A DNA stretch of 64,000 nucleotides, taken from assembly GCA_041697335.1 (NCBI GenBank), contig JBGUGD010000001.1, positions 1 to 64,000 of the forward strand, in the 5' to 3' direction. The DNA comes from Vampirovibrionaceae bacterium NZW_1234. GTDB lineage: Bacteria > Cyanobacteriota > Vampirovibrionia > Vampirovibrionales > JAGQHJ01. Position numbers and translations under genes: made by a program. The notes beneath the pieces were generated by a model. That model worked only from the letters and a program-made list of their open reading frames with translations, ran no database searches and was not told the DNA's origin. The stretch's first letter is position 1; each line of letters begins with the position of its first letter. Below, piece after piece: positions 1-9,097 of this stretch.

Positions 1-120
1 GAGGACTAGATTTTTTGTTGAGATTCAGTATAATGCACATGACCGCTTAGGTTGAAACTCCTTTTCTATCTGTCTTTTAGGGTCTTTCTCCTTTCCTAGT
101 CTACCGCTTTGGTGTCCTAC

Positions 121-159
121 TTCGTAGCCATGCACTCTATCCAACTGAGCTAACAGCGC
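121..159 (-). tRNA. tRNA-Arg(ACG), 5' half only (interrupted after position 38)
   Basis: Minus strand reads GCGCTGT-TA-GCTC-AGTTGGATA-GAGT-G-CATGG-CT-ACG-AA. The expected 3' anticodon strand CCATG and the T-arm do not follow. Confidence 0.8.
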
Positions 160-194
160 ATAACGGAGAGTGTTTATAGTTGTACAGTAAAACA

Positions 195-253
195 AAAAGA
201 GATTCAAATGGCAACATGTCGATGGAATCCGACATGAGACTTGAATCTCTTTT
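195..253. repeat. Nested inverted repeat; possible terminator or operator upstream of the tRNA
   Basis: AAAAGAGATTCAA (195-207)/TTGAATCTCTTTT (241-253) enclose CATGTCG (215-221)/CGACATG (230-236). Confidence 0.6.
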
Positions 254-297
254 ATAGTGTCTTCAGGGGAGGGAAGGCTGGCAAATTCAGGGGGAAA

Positions 298-762
298 CTA
301 GGCGCCAAAAGCTCCGAACAAGCCGCCCGAGGCAATGGCGTCGCGGTTTTCATTGAAGAAGCGGCCGATGGCGTTCACCAGGGTTTGCCGCTTGTCCAAT
401 TCCTCCAGTTGTTCCTGGAAGGCATCGGTGGAAAACTCGCCGCTGGCACTAAAGTTGATGGTATCTTCCAGCATGGAGCGGGAAGACTGCAAGATCTGGG
501 CGTATCGATCCAGGTCTGACTCTGACAACTTGGCATTGGGGGAGTCTTTACACAGGGTGTACCGCATTTCCTCGAAGAACTGGGGTACGGTGTAGGTGCT
601 GTTCCGGAACGTATCAATCACTTCCCGAGCGGCAGGGGTCAACATCATGTTGCCGGTAGCCTGGGGCTGGGTCTCGGCCGTGCGAAAGGCATTGTTCGCT
701 GGAACACGAAAGGCATTATTACTAGGGATCTGTCCAAACTGAAATGACACGTTAATCACCAC
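298..762 (-). CDS. Hypothetical protein
   Basis: 154-aa ORF with a short NNAFR duplication and FQFG near the N-terminus. No family recognised; start uncertain. Confidence 0.6.
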   Translation of the reverse strand: MVINVSFQFGQIPSNNAFRVPANNAFRTAETQPQATGNMMLTPAAREVIDTFRNSTYTVPQFFEEMRYTLCKDSPNAKLSESDLDRYAQILQSSRSMLEDTINFSASGEFSTDAFQEQLEELDKRQTLVNAIGRFFNENRDAIASGGLFGAFGA

Positions 763-984
763 TCTGTCTATTTTTCTGGCTGCTCTCTAACAATCCGGGA
801 ATTACGCTTCTATATTTATAGTAGCAACGCGAATGGCTGATTTTTTAGTTTTACGCATTATTTTAATAATTGCTTGAAGAACGCATTGAATTTTGTAATA
901 AAGGATATACTTTTGGATATCCTTTGGTCGGAATTTGGCACTCGGATAGAGGGCTATTGGCGGTGATGTGCCGGAACCTAGGGC

Positions 985-1647
985 CTAGGACAAGGGGATC
1001 AGGGCCGCCCGGGTGGGGGCACCGTCCATGGCCTGATACGCCAGGGGCAGGGCCGAGAGGGTGTAGAATCCGGGGGTAACCTGGGTGAGGTTCAAGCCTT
1101 CCAGGATCAGCACGTCATGATGCAGCAGCGTCTTGTGGGCTTCTAAATTGGGGGAGTCAAACAGCTCGATGGACAGGTAATCGATGCCCACGAGTTCGAT
1201 GCCCTGGGCCACCACGAAGGCGGCCCCGTCACCGGTCAGCCCGGCGTAATCCGAGCGAAATTCCGTGGGGGATTCTTGCCAGTAGCGGCTGTTTCGGGTT
1301 TTCAGCAACAGGCGGGTGCAGGGCGGCAGGTCCAGCGAGGCCAATACCTCTGCCGTAATGGCCTGAATCTCGTCCGGGACCTGGGCCACGTAGGTCGGGC
1401 CGTAGCAGCGGGACAAGGGCACATGATCCATGGTTTTGCCGTTATTTAAAATGTGGTGGGGCGTGTCGTAATGGGTGCCGGTGTGGGAGCCCAGGTGAAG
1501 GCATGTGACGTTGGCCGGGCCGCCTTGGGCCATATCCATGACGGTTTCGAAGACGACGGCCGGGTCACCCGGATAAATGGGCATCTCCGGGAAGATGGGG
1601 ACCGAAATATCGATCATGGCTTGGGTCAAGGGGTTAGCAGAGGGCAT
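985..1647 (-). CDS. Cyclase family / kynurenine formamidase-like metal hydrolase
   Basis: HxGTHxDxPxH motif (HTGTHYDTPHH), GIDYLS, ILEGL, DGAPTRA. Start moved to an internal ATG. Confidence 0.85.
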   Translation of the reverse strand: MPSANPLTQAMIDISVPIFPEMPIYPGDPAVVFETVMDMAQGGPANVTCLHLGSHTGTHYDTPHHILNNGKTMDHVPLSRCYGPTYVAQVPDEIQAITAEVLASLDLPPCTRLLLKTRNSRYWQESPTEFRSDYAGLTGDGAAFVVAQGIELVGIDYLSIELFDSPNLEAHKTLLHHDVLILEGLNLTQVTPGFYTLSALPLAYQAMDGAPTRAALIPLS

Positions 1648-2515
1648 GAGGGGCGGGTCCTTCCTGTAACACCATCTCGATGACCGAGAGCATGTCACTG
1701 GTTTGCTCCAGGGACAGATCGACAAAGGGCAGGGTCATACTGGCCTGGTGTGGGGCCAGTTTTAGATGATTCAGGTAGGCTTTGAACCCGGCCAGCTTGC
1801 CAAAGGTCTCAAAGGTCTGGCGCAGCTTCAGCAAGGTGGCATCATAGGTGGTCTCGCCCTGGCAGGCCCGGGCAATCAGATGGGGGACGATGTTGCCCAT
1901 GGCGGAAATGGCCCCGGCACAGCCCAGGGCATGGGCCTCGGAGACCCGGTAATCGGTGCCCACGAAAATCTGCTTGTCGGGGAAGTCTTTGACCAGTTGG
2001 CCAATGCGATCAAAATCCCCTGAGGTGTCTTTCAAGCCCGCCACTCTGGGGTAGTTTTCCAACAGGTCGGCACCAATACTTACCTGGCTCAATTTTGGGT
2101 AGTGGTACAAATAGAAAGGCCGATGCTCGGGCTGGTGATCCAGGAGCCGATCCAGGCAGCGCGTCAAGCCGTTGATGGCGGTGTCGGGGTAATAGAAGGG
2201 CGGCATCCAGATGATGCTGGTCACCCCCGGCTGGCTCAGGGCGTGGGCTTGCAGGGCCAGGGCATCCACCATGCTGGCGGCCCCGATATTGACCATGACC
2301 GGCAGGTCCGGATTGACCGACAAGAGGGCTTCCAGGTAACGCTCGCGCTGGGCCACGGAGAAGTTGGGAAACTCCCCGGTGGTCCCCATCACCACCAGAC
2401 CTTGGGCACCATTGGCTTTTAACCATGCCAGATTGGCTTCTATCAACGGCACAATCGGTTCATGCCGGGCGTTAACCAGGCTCATGACGGGAACATGAAA
2501 GTCGAACTTAGACAT
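1634..2515 (-). CDS. DapA/NanA-family class I aldolase (KDG-aldolase-like)
   Basis: GTTGE motif, MPPFYY, Schiff-base Lys in GLKDT. Confidence 0.85.
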   Translation of the reverse strand: MSKFDFHVPVMSLVNARHEPIVPLIEANLAWLKANGAQGLVVMGTTGEFPNFSVAQRERYLEALLSVNPDLPVMVNIGAASMVDALALQAHALSQPGVTSIIWMPPFYYPDTAINGLTRCLDRLLDHQPEHRPFYLYHYPKLSQVSIGADLLENYPRVAGLKDTSGDFDRIGQLVKDFPDKQIFVGTDYRVSEAHALGCAGAISAMGNIVPHLIARACQGETTYDATLLKLRQTFETFGKLAGFKAYLNHLKLAPHQASMTLPFVDLSLEQTSDMLSVIEMVLQEGPAPHALC

Positions 2516-4232
2516 TTAGGGTGCCTCCTTCTGCTGCCGAGGTGGCCAATTTCTGATACATGCCGAGCAACCCCGGGTGGGCTGTCACCGTGGGCGCCGG
2601 AGCCTGGGCGAGGCGCTTGTCCAGGTGGCGCTGAATCTCGTCGGGGGCCATGGGTTCCCCGTCGATGCCCACCAGATTGAGCTGGTTTTTGGAAAAGCTG
2701 ATTTCAATCATGTCATTGTCCCTGACGCCGCCGATGGGTCCCCCGGTCACCCACTCGGGAGACACATGCCCGATGGCCGGGCCCCGGGTGGCCCCCGAGA
2801 ATCGCCCGTCGGTCACCAGGGCCACGCTCTCCCGAAGCCGGGCGGAGGAGGCAATGGCCTCGGTAATGTAGTACATTTCGGGCATGCCACAGGCACGGGG
2901 ACCTTGGCCCAGAATCACCATGCAATCGCCGGGCTCGATTTGGCCACCGTAGATGGCTGAGATGGCGTCTTTTTGGGTGTAAAAAACTTTGGCCCGGCCG
3001 GTGAACTCGTGCATGGCCTTGGGTACGGCGGCCCGTTTTACGACGGCCCCTTCCGGGGCAATGTTGCCCCACAGCACCGTGGCCCCGCCCTGGGGATCGA
3101 GTGGGTCGTCCACCGGGCGGATCACGTCACGCACCGTCAGGCCAAAGTTCTGTAAGAACAGCGGCCATTGCTCGAAGAAGCGGCTTTGCTCCAGATCGGC
3201 CAGGTTTTCGCCCACGGTTTTTCCGGTCACGGTCAGGGCATCCAAGGCCAGAAAATCCCGAAGCTCCCACATAATGCGTGGGGCCCCTCCGGCATACCAC
3301 ACGTGGGAGTTGGCATGAACACCCGAAGGCCGGACGTTGACGATAAAGGGGACCTGGTTGTTGATGGCCACCACCTGTTTCCAGTCAAAGGGAACCCCAA
3401 GGGTCTTGGCCAGGGCCGCGAGGTGAATAAAGACGTTGGTGGAGCCGCTGGTGGCCGCATGGACCACGAGGGCATTGTGGATGGCTTTTTCCGTCAGGAT
3501 TTTATCGGCGGTGAGGTTTTCCCGGATCATCTCCACCAGGCGCTTTCCGGCCTGACGGGCGCCCCGGCGGTGAATGTTCAAGTGGGCGGGTCTCAAGGCC
3601 GAGGTGGGCAACGCCAGCCCCAGGACTTCCCCCATCATCTGCATGGTGCCCGAGGTGCCGTAAAATTCGCAGGTCCCTCCCGACATACAGGCATGCTCAC
3701 ACCAGAAGTTGTAATCCTCCGGGCTGATTTCGCCGCGACGTAACTGGGCATCGATGGTGCCGACTTTTTCCAGCGAGAATCCCGCCGGGCCCAGATCGCC
3801 CACACCCCCGGGCAGAAAGATGGTTGGCAGCTTCAGGCGGGCCGCGGCCAGCAAGTGGCCCGGCTGGGATTTATCGCCGCCGGATAAAACCACCATGCCG
3901 TCAAAATGGCCGCTCTTGGCATGCAATTCCACGGCCATGGAGACCAGCTCCCGGCTGGGCAGCGATAAATCAATGGCGTCTGTCCCCTGGGCCACACCGT
4001 CACACATATCCGTGCAGTCATAGCGCCCGACAGCGCCCCCGGCAATCAGTACGCCGTCGCGCACATCCTGGGCCAGGTCGTACAAATGCACGGAGCAGGG
4101 ATGGGAGTCGCCCCCGGCGGTTTCCACGAGAATCCAGGGCTTTTCCAGGTCCGACTTGCCCCAACCCACACCGAGGCGCAAGGCATCAGCCTCCGGGGCA
4201 ATCTGGCGCATGGATTGCGAGTGCAAGGTCAT
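2508..4232 (-). CDS. IlvD/Edd-family dihydroxy-acid / sugar-acid dehydratase
   Basis: CDGVAQG, SGSTN, GMPEM, TDGRFSGAT, GHVSPE motifs. Start set at ATG 4232. Confidence 0.9.
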   Translation of the reverse strand: MTLHSQSMRQIAPEADALRLGVGWGKSDLEKPWILVETAGGDSHPCSVHLYDLAQDVRDGVLIAGGAVGRYDCTDMCDGVAQGTDAIDLSLPSRELVSMAVELHAKSGHFDGMVVLSGGDKSQPGHLLAAARLKLPTIFLPGGVGDLGPAGFSLEKVGTIDAQLRRGEISPEDYNFWCEHACMSGGTCEFYGTSGTMQMMGEVLGLALPTSALRPAHLNIHRRGARQAGKRLVEMIRENLTADKILTEKAIHNALVVHAATSGSTNVFIHLAALAKTLGVPFDWKQVVAINNQVPFIVNVRPSGVHANSHVWYAGGAPRIMWELRDFLALDALTVTGKTVGENLADLEQSRFFEQWPLFLQNFGLTVRDVIRPVDDPLDPQGGATVLWGNIAPEGAVVKRAAVPKAMHEFTGRAKVFYTQKDAISAIYGGQIEPGDCMVILGQGPRACGMPEMYYITEAIASSARLRESVALVTDGRFSGATRGPAIGHVSPEWVTGGPIGGVRDNDMIEISFSKNQLNLVGIDGEPMAPDEIQRHLDKRLAQAPAPTVTAHPGLLGMYQKLATSAAEGGTLNV

Positions 4233-4720
4233 CAGCGGGCTGTCTCTCGGACCACTCTCAAACAACAGCACTATGCGCGAAACCCGCCCAAATGACAAGT
4301 GTGGAGCTGACCGCCCTCCTTCGCTATTGGCCCGACCGGTTGGCACATGTCGGAAATTCCTCCCCCTCGCCTCATCCAAAGTTCATTCTTTTGCTGGCCA
4401 AGAGTAATCCCGGCTCTTGAATCATGTTCGGTTACTTCGCATCAAGGAATTTTCGTCATCGTTTCTGCTTTAATGCTTCTGCAACTGGCTATGGCTGTAT
4501 AGTAATCGTGTAAATCCTTTAAAAATAAGTGTTAGCGGGGATAAATATTAAGAAAATCTTTAAATAGCAAGGGTTTTGGTCCTTTTAGTATATAATAAAT
4601 ATATAAATAGAAGGATGTTGCTGTGGTGTTCTGTTCTCTATATCTCATGACCCCGCTTTCCATTCGAGCCGCTCGAATGGACGACCGAAATCGTCCCATC
4701 CTGGATTCCTGCCCCGCGGA

Positions 4721-4956
4721 AATACGCGTGAATTCGCGTGAAAATCCCCAAAACTGCCATTTGAACCCCCTATCGCACCCCTCCTTGTGTGGCGAAAACC
4801 CCATCTCTGAGAGCGTTTTAGTCTTATCGTCTGCCAGGGCCCCAAGCCTCAAATCACGCGCAATTCACGCGAATTGGGGCGTGAATTGCGCGTGTTTGAC
4901 GCGTGATTTACGCGTGAAATGCCCAATTCACGCGCGTTTCACGCGTAAATCACGCG
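4721..4956. repeat. Phased CACGCG/CGCGTG repeat array forming two perfect inverted repeats
   Basis: Ten exact cores plus one variant, mostly 11 bp apart. IRs: 4855-4870/4879-4894 (16 bp) and 4900-4919/4937-4956 (20 bp). Confidence 0.9.
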
Positions 4957-5496
4957 CGAGTGTGCCCGGGGATCACCGGATTCTTGTTCGTTCAACGGCC
5001 CCCCAGGAAGGTCTCAACGGGCGCCATCTCAAAGGTCAGCTTACAGGCGAGATCGATTCATCGATCATCTATATAGATCAATTTGATGCCGCATGGGATC
5101 GAACACCTCTTTTGGGATCTGTCCGATTATGGCAGAGCAGCATTTTGCGGCCCTCTGCACGGGCTGCCGCAGGGCTGGGCTTGGGGGAAACCCAGCGGAT
5201 ACGGGTTTTGGGCAGCAGGCTGAAATCGCTCTTCTGTTTTGGATATGGTCTGCAGGTGGTCTCGAAAGTGCCTAATGCTGAGGTTATGGCGGTGTCCACT
5301 GAATCTAAAGGAAAGATTAACGGGCATTGTAACGTTTGTTAAAAATTGAAGTGTGACTAAAGTTATTTCTATGACAGGGTTTTGCTGATTGGCATTAAAA
5401 AATGTAACGGATTTCCTCCTCCATTCTCAGCATTTTGCCAACCGATCCGATATCTGCATTACCTAGAGATTATAAGAAGGTGGAGTTTGGTAGAGT

Positions 5497-7050
5497 ATGC
5501 AATTTGAATACCCTCAACAGAATACCCTCACGATTGCATCCCCTGTTGCTGCGTCTTATTCCCAAAAGCAGGAAGGTGATCGGTTGTACCAGGAATTTAA
5601 AAACCCCAGACAGGCCGAGAATGTCTTGCTGGATGCCATCAATGCCTATACCGTTGCCGCTGAGATGAGCGATGACCCGGCGATTTTGGCGAAGATGGCC
5701 AAGGCCTATATGCTCAACGGCCAGTTTGATCAAACCCGTAAATACCTGGAGCGTCTGGGCCAAATGCCTAATTTGGACGACGACACGATGCAGAGCATGT
5801 TTGAAACCCAGGCGATGTTGAACTTTCACTACGGCAACCTGGAGCAAACCGAACAGCTGTTGACCCAGGCCTTGAAATTCAACCGGTTTGGCCAAAAATC
5901 CAATGTGCGTCTGGCCTTGGGCGTTATCCAACTGCACCAGAACCGCACCCGGTTTTCGCTTAAGCGTGGCTTTCAGGCGACGGCCAACCTGGCCTTAGGT
6001 GCCTTGTCTGCGGCGGCCTCCAAATCCCTGATGGCCTTCACGCCCTATGCCAAGACCTATGGCACCATGTGGCTGAATCGCCTGCGCAGCCCGGAACTGG
6101 CCCTGGACAATCTGATTGCCCTGTATCAGGAGTTCCCCGGCATCGAGATTCTGCCCATTGAAATCGGCAAACGCTATGCCCAGAAAGAACTGTACGTTGA
6201 AGCCGAATTCTGGTTCAGCCGTGCCCTGGTCCGCCATCCGTCCCGGGATGATGGGTATCGCTACCTGGTGAACTTATACCAAGTGACCGGCAACACGGAA
6301 ATGTTGATTGAGACTTTGGAGAAGTGGCTCGCCATTCGCCCCCAGAACGGTGAAATTATGTCCGCCCTGAGCCAGGCCTATGCCAACGATCCGGAGAACT
6401 TGCAGGCCTCTTTGAAGATGGCGATGCAATCCCTGATCTACACCCAGAGCAACAACCTGTTGGCCAATACCTACACCCACATCGGAAACCTGTACAGTGC
6501 CGTACAGTCTTTCGATGCTGCTGTGACGGCCTATCAGGCGGCCTTGAATGCCAACCCCTACAACCTGGATGCCTACGTCCAATTGGGCACCCTGTACTAC
6601 GACAAGCAGGAATACGCCTTGTCCCAGAAAATCTTCGAGAAAGCCCTGGCCCTGTCCCCCAATAACGCTAAAATTCTGTGCAACCTGGGGTATCTGGCCT
6701 GGATGCAAGGCAATATCCAAGAATCCCAAACCTACTATGAACAAAGCATCGAGCTGGATCCCACCTACGACATCGCCCTGAACAACCTGGGTGTGCTGTT
6801 TATGGATCACATCGGCAATATGGAAAAGGCAATGGCCTTGTTCGATCAGACCTTGTTGTACAACCCCAACTATGCACTGTGCTATTACAACAAAGGTCGG
6901 GCCTTCAGCTTCCTGGGCAAAAACATTGAGGCGGCCCGCTGCTTCACCATCGCCCAAGAGCTGAACGAGCGCAGTCAGGAATTGGACAATGCCGAATTGA
7001 CCGAACGCATTAAGCAGTTGTTCGAGAACGAAAGCATCTCGAATGACTAG
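5497..7050 (+). CDS. Tetratricopeptide repeat protein
   Basis: Multiple 34-aa TPR units (e.g. AYVQLGTLYY...KALALSPNNAKILCNLG). Confidence 0.9.
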   Translation: MQFEYPQQNTLTIASPVAASYSQKQEGDRLYQEFKNPRQAENVLLDAINAYTVAAEMSDDPAILAKMAKAYMLNGQFDQTRKYLERLGQMPNLDDDTMQSMFETQAMLNFHYGNLEQTEQLLTQALKFNRFGQKSNVRLALGVIQLHQNRTRFSLKRGFQATANLALGALSAAASKSLMAFTPYAKTYGTMWLNRLRSPELALDNLIALYQEFPGIEILPIEIGKRYAQKELYVEAEFWFSRALVRHPSRDDGYRYLVNLYQVTGNTEMLIETLEKWLAIRPQNGEIMSALSQAYANDPENLQASLKMAMQSLIYTQSNNLLANTYTHIGNLYSAVQSFDAAVTAYQAALNANPYNLDAYVQLGTLYYDKQEYALSQKIFEKALALSPNNAKILCNLGYLAWMQGNIQESQTYYEQSIELDPTYDIALNNLGVLFMDHIGNMEKAMALFDQTLLYNPNYALCYYNKGRAFSFLGKNIEAARCFTIAQELNERSQELDNAELTERIKQLFENESISND

Positions 7051-7126
7051 CCCACAGACAAATGAGAGAGAGACAGGCCAATCCTAGGCAGTGCCTGAAA
7101 ATTTGAAGAGAGGGTATTTATTACAT

Positions 7127-7158
7127 CCCCGTTACTCCCAAGTAACGGGGTTTTTATT
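7127..7158 (+). terminator. Intrinsic terminator
   Basis: CCCCGTTACT-CCCA-AGTAACGGGG followed by TTTTTATT. Confidence 0.8.
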
Positions 7159-7589
7159 GTCGTCTTGAACAAGGCGGTGCCCCGAAGCCAGTGGCTGCCG
7201 TCTAGTTTTCGGGCTGTCCAAAACGGCCTCAATCGGCTTCAGTCCTGCGATTTGCTAGAAAACCATGTTATGGGCATTTGGGCGATTCACCCCGATTTGA
7301 CTGAAGCAGACTAAGTGGTGATCGCCAGAAAAGGCCTTTCCTGGCCTGGCTTTCACGGGTCCAATGCAAACAAAGGCATATGAAATCGTATGCCTCGCTT
7401 ATCTTGATTTGGCTGAAACGGTTTAATGATAAAGCTTTTCACGGCTAAATCTTATGCCCTCAAACACCTGGGAATCATTCTCTTCTTTTTTGTAGCCTGA
7501 AAACCCTTTAATAGAGGCGGTTTTGCCAAATGCCTTAATTTGATTTTAACAATTATACATAAAGCGTTAAAAAAATAATAATATTTATT

Positions 7590-7605
7590 TTTATATAAAC
7601 AAGAG
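7590..7605 (+). promoter_or_regulatory. Conserved upstream motif, copy 1
   Basis: TTTATATAAACAAGAG, also found upstream of the two related repeat genes. Confidence 0.55.
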
Positions 7606-7662
7606 TAGTAATTGTAGAGTTAACAAGTTCTTTTGAGTAGAGACTTGGAAAGGAGTCGAGTG

Positions 7663-8673
7663 ATGACATCTGTTAATACGACCAGTTTGAACAATGTTTA
7701 TGGCAGCAACAGCGCGTCTCAGGCCGCTATTTCACGTGCCGGCAATTCCCGTAACGATGCGTGGGCCAATACCTTTATCGGCAACAACAATATCAACCAA
7801 TATGCTGAAGCGAATCATGGTCAAGCTTGGAACCGTGCCTGGGTTAACACCACCTACGGTAGCAACATTGTTAACCAGGAAGCTCGCGGTAATACTGCCA
7901 TCAACATGATTAACGTTGATCCTTATATTGGTGACAACCGCTTCGACCAGCGTGCCTTCGCCCGCAACGGTGCAACGAACACTGCCAGTGGTATTGTTAC
8001 CGGATGGGGCACAAACAGCGCCCTGCAGGTAGCGATCACCGATCGCGGTGCGGCTAGCAACACGGTCAGCTTCTCCAACTATTCGGGTAACAATAACGTG
8101 ACCCAATACGGTGAAGGTGACAGCGCCACCAACATTGCATCTGCTCGGACCACGTTTGGTAACAACAACATCAACCAGGAAGCTCGTGCTGATGGATGGG
8201 GCGGTCGTGCTCTGAACATCGCTAACGCCGACACCCGCTTCGGTAACAACAACATTGATCAGCTCGCTGTGTCCACCGGTGCCTATGGTAGCTCCATCAA
8301 CCGCAACAACTATGACCCTGAAATCGGCAACAACAACACTCGCCAAACCGCTGTTGCCCTGGGTCACGGCAGCTACTCCGAGAACACCGCTAACCAAGTG
8401 GTTACCCGTCAAGGGAACAACACCCTGGTTCAGGATGCCTTCTCCAGAGGTACTGCAGTTAACACTGGTTCCCAGTCCACCGTTCACGGCAGCAACCACG
8501 CTAGCCAGTTCGCTGAAAGCTCCTGGAGTGCTTCCAACTCCCTTAGCCAGCGTACCCACAGCGGCAACAACGTTGCTTCCCAGACAGCAATCTCTAATGG
8601 CCACTCCAGCAACGTTGCCCACTTGTCTACCGGTCACGGTAACAACTCGGTCAGCCAAGTCGCCGTCAGCTAG
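7663..8673 (+). CDS. Asn/Gln-ladder repeat protein (curlin-like beta-solenoid), no signal peptide
   Basis: About 12 repeats of ~24-29 aa, G-x-N-x-x-x-Q-x-A...N. RBS AGGAG at 7651. Confidence 0.8.
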   Translation: MTSVNTTSLNNVYGSNSASQAAISRAGNSRNDAWANTFIGNNNINQYAEANHGQAWNRAWVNTTYGSNIVNQEARGNTAINMINVDPYIGDNRFDQRAFARNGATNTASGIVTGWGTNSALQVAITDRGAASNTVSFSNYSGNNNVTQYGEGDSATNIASARTTFGNNNINQEARADGWGGRALNIANADTRFGNNNIDQLAVSTGAYGSSINRNNYDPEIGNNNTRQTAVALGHGSYSENTANQVVTRQGNNTLVQDAFSRGTAVNTGSQSTVHGSNHASQFAESSWSASNSLSQRTHSGNNVASQTAISNGHSSNVAHLSTGHGNNSVSQVAVS

Positions 8674-8695
8674 TGATTGCATCTCGCTAAATCTG

Positions 8696-8732
8696 AATCC
8701 AGCCGTCTCTTCAAGAGGCGGCTGGATTTCTT
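8696..8732 (+). terminator. Intrinsic terminator
   Basis: AATCCAGCCGTCTCT-TCA-AGAGGCGGCTGGATT stem-loop after the stop. Confidence 0.75.
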
Positions 8733-9006
8733 CCCCCCATTAATAATGAGTCGGTTTTTTCAGGTCTTCTTTTATAAGGTGAAAGACATTGGGTTCCCTT
8801 TATAAAATGAGATTTCTCCCGGTTTAATCGATGTCAGCGAAAAGATTGGATAATTACGAAACGAAGAGGGTTGGGTTTCTCAGTGAATCCCGTGAGATGG
8901 TTTGAAATACCCGAATAGCTTGAAAAACTCCTCTCGACAGAGAGGGGGGATTTGGCGTTTTGTTCACATTTGTTAATAAATCGTTCCAAGAATTTTATAC
9001 CTTACG

Positions 9007-9022
9007 TTTATATAAACAAGAG
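9007..9022 (+). promoter_or_regulatory. Conserved upstream motif, copy 2
   Basis: TTTATATAAACAAGAG, identical to copy 1. Confidence 0.55.
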
Positions 9023-9097
9023 AGAGATTGATACCCCCTGGCAATCAGGGTGAACCTTTTTACGAAACGGTGTAAGAAAAGAGAAGGAGAAGAGATA

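Noticed and set aside
2508..4379. LSFG in the extended N-terminus of the dehydratase ORF as an RFG leader
   Set aside because: The probable start is ATG 4232, so the extension is likely untranslated.
4851..4960. Possible CRISPR array
   Set aside because: Units are 11 bp with no unique spacers, and no cas genes are present.
4623..5342. 239-aa plus-strand ORF and overlapping short ORFs across the CACGCG array
   Set aside because: No recognisable domain or RBS, and the 11-bp repeat period is not codon-compatible. More likely non-coding.
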